DNA of 64,000 nucleotides, taken from contig JAHDYR010000066.1 of NCBI GenBank assembly GCA_019828565.1, positions 520,325 through 584,324 on the forward strand, in the 5' to 3' direction. This stretch comes from Carpediemonas membranifera BICM (taxonomy: Eukaryota > Protista > Fornicata). Shown here piece after piece: positions 55,026-64,000 of the stretch. Numbering within the stretch: the stretch's first letter is position 1; every line of letters starts with the position of its first letter. The translations under genes were made by a program, and so were the position numbers. The notes beneath the pieces are model-generated. The model was not told the DNA's origin and did no database searches. It saw only the letters and a program-made list of their open reading frames with translations.

Positions 55026-58000
55026 GGCGAGGAGTACACGGGTATCCTCGCTCACGCACAGCTCATCGCACTGCCGAAGGGCGAAGATCGGGTCAGACCC
55101 ATCGCCATGGGCGAGGCGCTCCGGCGCCTGGCCGCGAAGGTCCTCGCCTCGGCCGTCTCGTCGCGTCTCCGTAATGACGGCGTCTGCCCTGAGCAGTACG
55201 GGCTCGGCGAGAGCTGCGGCCTGGACGTTATGACCGCGAAAATTGCGGAAGCGTACGACGAAGGGCTCAAGGTCTGTGCTGTTGACATGACTAACGCCTA
55301 CGGAACCGTGTCCCGCGCCCACCTCCGTGTGGTGCTCGAGGCGCACGCCCCAGCCGCCCTCCCCTATTTCTCCACCATGTATGGCGAGGGCAAGCTGCTG
55401 ACCCCGACCGGGCACGTCATAGCCAGCCGAGAGGGCATCCACCAGGGGGACCCCCTGTCCCCAGCCCTCTTCACGCTGGCTATGACGCCCCTCCTCGGCA
55501 GCCTCCGGTCGCAACTTCCCAGTACGACCATCCTCGGCTACCAGGACGACGTGTACGGGCTGCTGCCCCGGCAGGCAGACCAGCGGACGATCGATACATT
55601 CTACGCGCGTGTGGAGGCGGCGTGTGGAGCCGTCGGTATGCGGGTGAACCGACTGAAGTGCCTCGTCCTGGCGAAGACGGGGACACTGGGCCAAAAAGCG
55701 GACGGGTGCTCGGTATCCCCGTAGGCGACGACGCGGGCGTTGCCAACGCTGTGGACGCGGCCTTCTCGCGCATGGAGGACGCGCTCGTGCGGGTGGCCGA
55801 GATGACCGAGGCAGTGGGGCCGAAAGCGGCCTCGGTGGCGGTCAATCTGATCAGGTCTTGCGTTCTTCCGATGCCTTCGGCAATCTTTCGCAACGTGAGC
55901 CCGATTGGCCACGAATGCCGCACAAAAAGCCTGGAGCGGAAGCTGAGAGCTGCCATCGCACGCATCCTTCAGGTATCCGACGTCACAAAGATACCCGAAG
56001 AGCGTCTAGCGCTCGATTTCGCCGACTACGGGCTCCGTATCCCTCTTCCGTCGCTCATCTGGAAGTGTGCATTTTTGGGCGCAGCCCACCAGCTGCACGC
56101 CCTAGGCATCACCCGGGACATGGAGGCGGCGCTGTTCTCTCCAGAAGAGTGCCAGGAGTGGCCCAAAACCATCCAGGAACTGTTTAGCATCGAGGCTGAA
56201 AAGCCGCAGAAGACACTCACTACGATGCTTGCAAAAGCCTGGACGGCCAAGTACCGCCCCAAGACACCCGCCGACTTCGGCCTAGACCCCGAGGAGGTCT
56301 CCCAGGGCCTCTCTGACTGCAGCTCCCTCGAGGCCCCCGCCGCCGGACTCCTCCGCAAAGAAGCCGCGCTGAGCCCCCTCGACCTCGAGCAGACCTCCTG
56401 CGACAGCGTGTTCGTCCCCGTCACCCGGGCGCACCTCAACATCGCCCCATTCCGCGAGATGCCGGTCACCTGCCCCCTCTGTGGCCAGCAAGACATCACG
56501 TGGCGCCACGCCCTCGGCTGCTCCTACCTGAAGGATGGCGCGACCAACGCACGCCACGACAGCATCAAGATGGCTGTGCACGATCTCGTGACCCAGGACG
56601 ACCTCCGCGGGCGCCCCATCCCCCACTGCAAGCCCGAGTTCGATCTGCTCGACACCCACCCTAGGTTCCGCGTCACGAGCTGGTTTCCAGTCAGACAGGG
56701 ACGTCATCCAGCAGATACAGTACATTGTGCAGCGGCACCAGGAGGGGGGTGAGACCACGTCAATCTTTCTGGACATCGAGAAGGCATATGACACGGTACC
56801 AAGGGACATTCTCATGGATAAGCTACAGGGTATGGGGGTGGAGGAGCACTTGATCAGGGCAATTTAAGACACAATAAAGGAAACCTGGATATCAGTCAAG
56901 GGGGCAAAGGCATGGGAAAGAACCAACAGGGGAGTTAAGCAAGGGTGCGTCCTGGCACCGACACTGTTTGTGCTGTTCATGGCTAACTGGCCCCACCTGG
57001 CCAGAAAGAAAATCAAGGGAGAACGGTACGACATCAGAGAACCGCCAAGGACCACGAGCCACCTCAGCGACCGACTACCGGCAGCACTTACCATGTTTGT
57101 GGATGACACTGCGGTCACAGGGAGCAAACCGGAGCATAGCCAGATGGTCGCCAACATAATGGTGGACATAATCAGAGAGCATGAAATGAGGGTGAACGCC
57201 CAGAAGAATGTAATGATTAGCGTGGACAGAACAGCCCTAGTCAGGATCGAGGGGGTAACACTACTGCCAGAGAAGGAGGCGAGATACCTGGGATTATGGA
57301 TCGCAAGTGGGAAGGACCCTATGTCGGCCTGCATAAGGCGGAAACAGGAGCAGAGCGAAAGGTACAAGAGACTGGTGAGATGGGCAGGGTGGACCAGGGC
57401 AAACATGCCAGCACTAGCGAGCAGGCTACTACTGGAAATATATATATGGCCCAGGATCCTCTTCGGAGTCGAGGTGTGGGGGAACGCACCGGGAGGTAGA
57501 AGGATCTGGAATGACTGGCAGGGAATCATGGCAGGAACAGGACCGGGAGGGGGCGCAGCCATGAGGCTGATGAATGGATGGGTGGACCTCCAGGCACACA
57601 TGGAATGGCTGGCAGTCAAAAGGATAGTCAACTACAGGGACCAGGATATACCAGTCAGAAACAGAGAATGGGGGCGAGGCACGGTTATGTGGGAAGCTAG
57701 GGAGAGAGTGCAGCATCTACTGGAGGGCACCAGAGAGGGAGCCCCCAAACCAGCGCTACTGGATTATGGCATGGAAACGATCAGGAGGGGGTGGATGAAG
57801 CGGTGCAAAAGCCGTACGGCACTAGGACTAATGGAAATCATGGGGACAAGGAAATTAAGCAAGTGTCTACAAGGTAAGCCTACGGTAGACCGAAAGGCTG
57901 GGAAGGGGCAAAGCAGGGCGGAATGGAAGAGAATTGTATCCATTGCAGCCAATGTCAGCCCATCCCCATCGTCGGCAGAGAGAGGGGAGGGCCCTATGAG

Positions 58001-58895
58001 AGCCATCACAGAGCTGGCCCAAGGCGCTGACCTGAAGAGAAATTAGCAGACTATGCCCCCTATGCTCGGAGGAGTCGGAGGTGAGCCTGTTCTACAGGAT
58101 CATTAGGGAAAAGCCAGGACCAGCAAGGAAGCAGGAAATGATCAGGGAGTGGGCAGAGGGCCAGAGGCTAGGATCGGCAGCGCACATAATCTGTGAATGC
58201 CCGGCAGTAGACAGGGGAGATGCTTGGACAAAGCTGTGGACAGCAGCGAAGCACAAAACTAAGGACTTGGAAGTAAGGCAGGGCCCCCAGGGCGAATGGT
58301 ACCAGGAAAGACCCATCCTAGAATTACAGCAACTAATAATATGGGGCTCGGAGGACAGTTGGGAAGGCCTCACGGCAGGACTACGGGAACTGGCAAAGGT
58401 CTACAACAGCTTCAAGGTGGAATAGAAGCATGTCATGAACCCCTGACTCCAGGATCGGGAAGGGACAGAGCACCCCTGGGATTAACAGGGGTAAGCCCCA
58501 TGTTTCCCGGCAATACCGGCCCAGGACAAGGACACAACCCCGATCATGGTAACCAACGTATGGACAAGGAAGGTGGGAGATGAACGAACGGGAGACGTCC
58601 GTGCACCAACACACGGAAGGATCAGAGCAGGGACAGGGCACCCCTGGGATCAGCGAGGGGAGGCCCCGCGTATCCCGGTGGTACCAGTCCATGACAGACC
58701 TTGCAAAGAATAAGACAGCATGGAAATCAGCAGGCTGAAAACCAACGTAAGGGGACCCCTATCCGAGGCTCAAGTCTGACAGAGAGTGACACCTAACGAC
58801 AAGATATGGACAAGGAAGCAGCCATGGACCACCCTCGCTGGGCGCAAAGCTCCGGGGATCAGTGAGAAAAGGCCCCACGTATCCCGGTAGCCAGG

Positions 58896-59327
58896 AAAGA
58901 GAAAGAATTTAATGTGTCCTGCTACTCGTCCTGCTGTGTAAGCTGAATGTCACAGTTTGTGTCACCCCTTCGAGGAACGCCTAAGCGTGTTGGTACCTCT
59001 ACAGAGCACACCTAACACTTCCTAAGAGGGCGTGAACAACGGCCGTCAAGGCCTAGCTGGTACGCTAGAGGGATCCTATACATGGCCACATTAATACCCC
59101 CAAAGTTAGGCTAACCCAGGTCTTACTCTTAGGGGCCCTTTGGGTCCCAGGTCTGCCTGGCACCTACAAAGCCTTGCCCTGCACGCTGCTGTCAGGGACC
59201 TTCCGTACGTTTCCCCTCTCCCCCGGGTCCCCTAGGGAGGTCCTGGGGTTTCCTCGACCCGCTCGCCATGTTTCAGGCACCCGCCAGGGCGGGGTCGGGT
59301 CTAGAGTTCGCCGTACCAGCTGGGCCC
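58896..59327 (-). mobile_element. 432-nt non-coding SINE-like retroposed element with 16-bp TSD
   Basis: TATCCCGGTAGCCAGG at 58880-58895 and 59328-59343. The minus strand ends CATTCAGCT...TAAATTCTTTCTCTTT, like the LINE tails. Confidence 0.8.
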
Positions 59328-59437
59328 TATCCCGGTAGCCAGGGAAGGAACGATTGCAAGGAAAGAACAGGGAAGGACAGATCAGAATTATGGAAGAAAG
59401 GACATGCGACAAGGACAGAGCAAGGATAAGGTCAAGG

Positions 59438-60099
59438 AAATCCATGTTCATATGGTTGTACCACTCGTTGGGACCCCAAGGAAACTGCAGGGACTGGCCA
59501 CGGGGGTCGGAGGGGCACAGGTGCCCCTGCCGCCCTTGTTAACGACATGGGAAACCAGGGACATGTAGTGCAAGCGAAATGTTGTAAGGGGTAACAGGAC
59601 AACCAGGCCCAGTGCCTGGGGGTACACCACCCATGCCCTGACCCACGCCACCTAACCGGGGTAGACAGCATGGACTTAGTCACTTTCCCCGCCTTCGGGT
59701 AGGCTTCCTAACAGAGTCGAGGGGGCATGGAATTGGGGAACCGGACAGACGAGAGGGTGCCGTGGCTGAACGGCTCTACAAGGACTGCAGGGAAGCAAGG
59801 AGTGTCATAGTCAAGGTCCTGCAGGACGATCCTGCCTGTCAATGCCCCGAGGACAGACCCCCAGGCTCCCCGGATAGTTGCCGGACTTTCAGGGAGACAG
59901 GAAAGCATATTTGCACGGAGATGGCCGCAGGGCCTCTGGGGCGATTGGAATCGGCTTTCCGCGGAGACAGTAGCACCGAAAGCCCAAGGCAAACGCTGCT
60001 GACCAGTTTGCCACGGGAAATAGGCAGTACCCCGGGGCACTCAGCTCCAAGACAACGGGAAACAAGCTCAGTCCGGGGTCAGAATCCAAGCACCATAAA
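59438..60099 (+). ncRNA. Conserved structured 3'-UTR RNA of the LINE family (second copy 52510-51855, minus strand)
   Basis: Identical 29-nt and 19-nt blocks, compensated stems and frame-breaking indels between the two copies. Confidence 0.6.
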
Positions 60100-60515
60100 T
60101 TTCTTTCTTTCTTTCTTTCTTTCGGTTCCGCGTCACGAGCGCCGACGCCCCCACACACAAGCGGGCTGACCTCAAGGTCTGGGGCGAGCGCGACGTGGTC
60201 GGAAACGTCGTCCACGACGACGTCTACGTCGACTTCTACTGCGGTCTTCACCCCCGCGACGCCGAGCTCGAGAAGACCAAGGAGTACGCCAACTGGGACG
60301 TCACCTTCCTGGTCGCCGCCACCACCGTCGGCGGCGCCACGGAGTCCCGCCTGACCGCGGACTGGGCGGTGCAGTTTTGCGACGCCATTGCACGGCCGCA
60401 CCTGGCGGGAACCATGCGCGACACGGCCTTCCTGAAGGCCTGGGAGGGCAACCTCAGCATCTGGAGTGACTATGTCAGCCAGTGCAAGGCCCGCTGGGCC
60501 GAGCTCAACCTATAA

Positions 60516-63500
60516 CCAGGTCCCTGCACAGAAATCTGGAGTCGCGACTCGGCTGACTCGGCCACTCTAGGCTGCGTCGTCCCCGAGCCCCCCTGCGCCT
60601 CCCGCCCCATCGCCGCATCGCATAACGCATCCCCTGCCCCTGCGCGAGAGTAGTTACCCGAAATTCCGCGGAGTCGCGTGTCGTTCGGACAACCTGGGAA
60701 AGTAAATTCGGCCATGGTATCCAGAGGAAAGTTGCTCGATTCGCCGCCGCAAGGCGACGAATCCTGCCATACATCCGATGAAGGACCTGGTACGTCTATT
60801 GACAAGCGATTAGCGCTGTTCGCTGCTCTTCTGCGGTGGATTAACGATTTCCATCCCTCCAGCTCGAAGAACTCTTGGCCGAAGGATACTGAGGCCTTTA
60901 TTGAGATCTGCATGAACAAAGAACGTCTATTGAGCCTTATTTCGGATTACAAGCGTTTCTTCACGGTGAGCAACTTGGTTTGGATAACCAACTACGTTCA
61001 CGCGGCGACAAATCGCTTCGGCCCCGGCCACAAGGTGAAAGCTTCCCGCCGCGACGATCACGTCGCAAATGCTGTCGCCATTCTGCACGCTGCAGCCACT
61101 GATCAGGCGTTCACATCAACGCTCACCATCGAACGTGCGAACGAGGCTCTTGAGCGTATGATCGAGCACGCCATCGACCCAGTGAAAGCGAGAAGGATGA
61201 ACCTCCTTCAGACTGTCCGAGGCCCTCAGAGGACGACGTCTGTAACCGCCTTGGTGAAGCGGGTCCAGCATGCGCCCCGCCCAGCCAGCCCACCGAATGC
61301 GGGCATCGCCCGCGAGTATGCGAGGGCCGATGCCTTCGCCCGACGCCAGGGAGACCGGCCCCCGAGCCCCACCCCTGCCGATGCTGCCCCCACCGACTCC
61401 GCTGTCGCCCTAACTGGGCCGCAGCCCGCAGCCACACAGCAGGGTGACCGGCCCCCGAGCCCCACCCCTGCCGATGCTGCCCCCACCCAGCCAGAGGAGA
61501 GGAACATCGACGACACCGCAGTGTCCGAGTTCCTCTCCCTGGCGGGCGTCGAAGGCGGGGAAGGGGAGAGAGCTGAGCCAGAGACCGGGCACGAAGCCCG
61601 TGGTGACTCAGCCAACCCTCCCCTTCGCCCGCCGCCGCAGGCAAGCCAAGGCCCTGAACCACGTACATTTGTGTACACAGGCCCTCCTGGCGCTCTTAAC
61701 CAGATCACGGAGGCGCACCCTGGGCCAGCATCATCCACGCCTACCCAGGGGTGGCTGAGCCTTGCCAAGCTGGATCGACTCCGGCATAGGTTCACCGCAA
61801 ACATCCCGACCCACCTGGTCGAGTCTCATTGGGGCTCGGCCGAGCAGGTAAGGTCCACACTCACGACAGCAGTCCGGGTCGGAGAAGTGTCCGGCGGGCA
61901 GAATGGCGTCCACAGGATGTCACGTGAACGCTGGACACAGCTTCTCGAGGGCCTCTTCGCGGACGAGCCGGACAGGCGGCCACCCTACAGCTTCCCCAAA
62001 GGGTTCAGGCAGTTCACGCCGAGGTTTGTGTTCTTCATGAGAGAGGCATGCGGTCTTCCGCCGGACCCTAGTGCTGAGGCCCCGCCCCATGCCGGGCCCA
62101 GCCAGCCCCCACGGAGACCGAGAGCAGCGCTCCTGCCCCTGCCGCCGGCCGACCCTCTCGCGGGCGACCTGCCGATCGAGCTGTCATATCTGCCTCACCC
62201 CGCGGAAGCCGGACGCATCGGCCGGGCGAAGCCCTCACGGAAGGCTGCCGCGGGATTCGTGAACGGGCTGATCCGGCTGCTCGTGACCCTGGCGAACGCG
62301 CCGCAGAACCGGAAGCGGGAGGCTCTGGCAGCCGTTCTCGGCACGCGCGGACAGTATATCGCCCTGGGAAGAAGGGATCTCCCTCCGCACCCGCTCCCCA
62401 GAGCGAGCTGCATACTCGAAGGCCGCCGCCGGGTATTACTCCAGCGCCATGAAGGTCCTGCTCTCTGAGGAGATGACACTCACGCCGGGTCAGATCGACC
62501 AGAAGCTGGAGGAGATGCAGGCCGCCCCGCTGAGAGATCCCCAGACGCCGGCTCTCACACGCCGCGCCGACGCGCTCACGTCCTTTGAGGTCACCTTCGA
62601 GGCCGTAGACGAGGCGCTGGGGAAGATGAGAGCGGACTCGGCCCCCGGCCCATCCGGGCTGAGCTTCTTGCATCTGAAACTCGCTCATCGACTCCGGAAG
62701 GGCCAGTTGGTGCAGGCACTCCTGCCCCTTGTGCGCGACATCATTGCCGGCGAGGAGTACACGGGTATCCTCGCTCACGCACGGCTCATCGCACTGCCGA
62801 AGGGCGAAGATCGGGTCAGACCCATCGCCATGGGCGAGGCGCTCCGGCGCCTGGCCGCGAAGGTCCTCGCCTCGGCCGTCTCGTCGCGTCTCCGTAATGA
62901 CGGCGTCTGCCCTGAGCAGTACGGGCTCGGCGAGAGCTGCGGCCTGGACGTTATGACCGCGAAAATTGCGGAAGCGTACGACGAAGGGCTCAAGGTCTGT
63001 GCTGTTGACATGACTAACGCCTACGGAACCGTGTCCCGCGCCCACCTCCGTGTGGTGCTCGAGGCGCACGCCCCAGCCGCCCTCCCCTATTTCTCCACCA
63101 TGTATGGCGAGGGCAAGCTGCTGACCCCGACCGGGCACGTCATAGCCAGCCGAGAGGGCATCCACCAGGGGGACCCCTGTCCCCAGCCCTCTTCACGCTG
63201 GCTATGACGCCCTCCTCGGCAGCCTCCGGTCGCAACTTCCCAGTACGACCATCCTCGGCTACCAGGACGACGTGTACGTAGACTGCCGCCCCGGCAGGCA
63301 GACCAGCGGACGATCGATACATTCTACGCGCGTGTGGAGGCGGCGTGTGGAGCCGTCGGTATGCGGGTGAACCGACTGAAGTGCCTCGTCCTGGCGAAGA
63401 CGGGGACACTGGGCCAAAAAGCGGACGGGTGCTCGGTATCCCCGTAGGCGACGACGCGGGCGTTGCCAACGCTGTGGACGCGGCCTTCTCGCGCATGGAG

Positions 63501-64000
63501 GACGCGCTCGTGCGGGTGGCCGAGATGACCGAGGCAGTGGGGCCGAAAGCGGCCTCGGTGGCGGTCAATCTCGATCAGGTCTTGCGTTCTTCCGATGCCT
63601 TCGGCAATCTTTCGCAACGTGAGCCCGATTGGCCACGAATGCCGCACAAAAAGCCTGGAGCGGAAGCTGAGAGCTGCCATCGCACGCATCCTTCAGGTAT
63701 CCGACGTCACAAAGATACCCGAAGAGCGTCTAGCGCTCGATTTCGCCGACTACGGGCTCCGTATCCCTCTTCCGTCGCTCATCTGGAAGTGTGCATTTTT
63801 GGGCGCAGCCCACCAGCTGCACGCCCTAGGCATCACCCGGGACATGGAGGCGGCGCTGTTCTCTCCAGAAGAGTGCCAGGAGTGGCCCAAAACCATCCAG
63901 GAACTGTTTAGCATCGAGGCTGAAAAGCCGCAGAAGACACTCACTACGATGCTTGCAAAAGCCTGGACGGCCGGGTACCGCCCCAAGACACCCGCCGACT
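60516..64000 (+). mobile_element. CRE-like RLE non-LTR retrotransposon, copy 2 (head-to-tail after copy 1; runs off the window; several frameshifts)
   Basis: ATG 60714, long N-terminal region, SAPGPSGL (RT domain 0), then near-identity with 55026-56280 from 62749. Confidence 0.92.
61347..61487 (+). repeat. Internal 48-bp direct repeat (QGDRPPSPTPADAAPT x2) in the RLE ORF
   Basis: Copies at 61347-61394 and 61440-61487. Confidence 0.85.

Larger units (their letters stand above)
56681..60123 (+). mobile_element. 5'-truncated LINE copy B (RT, CCHC, long 3' UTR, (TTTC)6 tail) flanked by a 17-bp TSD
   Basis: FLDIEKAYD, GVKQGCVLAP, FVDD, YLG. In-frame TAA at 56865 and a frameshift near 58000. GGTTCCGCGTCACGAGC occurs at 56664-56680 and 60124-60140. 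Confidence 0.93.
55026..60515 (+). mobile_element. 5'-truncated CRE-like RLE non-LTR retrotransposon, copy 1, split by a LINE insertion at 56681-60123
   Basis: RPIAMGE, VDMTNAYG, GIHQGDPLSP, YQDD, CPLC...HALGC...RHD. After the insertion it resumes with KRADL...VYVDF...EKTKEY (PD-(D/E)xK endonuclease); stop at 60515. Confidence 0.9.

Noticed and set aside
53965-55233. APE-RLE dual-endonuclease (Dualen-like) fusion element
   Set aside because: The junction at 55025/55026 is out of frame, and RLE copy 2 has its own different N-terminus, so these are juxtaposed fragments of two families.
55690-55700. Programmed frameshift in the RLE RT (same shift at ~63416 in copy 2)
   Set aside because: One extra A in the A5 run restores the frame and there is no canonical slippery heptamer. 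A systematic homopolymer error or an inherited mutation is simpler, and copy 2 has several other single-base indels.
59110-59310. RNase P/MRP-like motif in the SINE-like element (GAGGAAACCCCAGG ... AGACCTGGGTTA on the minus strand)
   Set aside because: The bulged base is C rather than the conserved U, the J2/4 equivalent is too short, and the helix extends as an ordinary nested stem. An Rfam scan would settle it.
51836-60123. One large element with long terminal inverted repeats
   Set aside because: The inverted homology comes from two diverged LINE 3' ends in opposite orientation; copy B has its own TSD.
59762-60169. 135-aa ORF in the LINE 3' UTR
   Set aside because: The frame is broken by non-triplet indels in copy C and substitutions are not concentrated at third positions.

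Overview
Eukaryotic, not prokaryotic, DNA. It is a gene-dense, GC-rich protist chromosome segment with very short intergenic spacers and 28-34 nt spliceosomal introns whose branch point is fused to the 3' splice site. The intron style, cilium genes and a presequence-bearing malic enzyme suggest a flagellated metamonad such as a Carpediemonas-like fornicate (inference). Positions 1-50.5 kb hold about 20 host genes: Sec61-alpha, V-ATPase C, an LRR/Sfi1-like protein, a TmcB/C-like membrane protein, a secreted LRR protein, an MFS sugar transporter, a giant Cys-rich surface protein with ~8.8 near-identical 597-bp repeats, derlin, RING-MATH, CFAP46-like, Brx1, ARMH1-like, a NEK kinase, eIF4E, copine and malic enzyme. 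Positions 50.7-64 kb are a nest of retroelements: the 3' end of a chromodomain LTR retrotransposon; a 5'-inverted APE-type LINE; head-to-tail CRE-like RLE non-LTR elements; a second LINE inserted in the first RLE element (17-bp TSD); and a 432-nt structured SINE-like element inserted in that LINE (16-bp TSD). The most novel-looking signal is a LINE/SINE partnership sharing a CAYTCAGCT...TAAA-(TTTC)n 3' end, with the two LINEs also sharing a ~660-nt conserved, covarying non-coding RNA.
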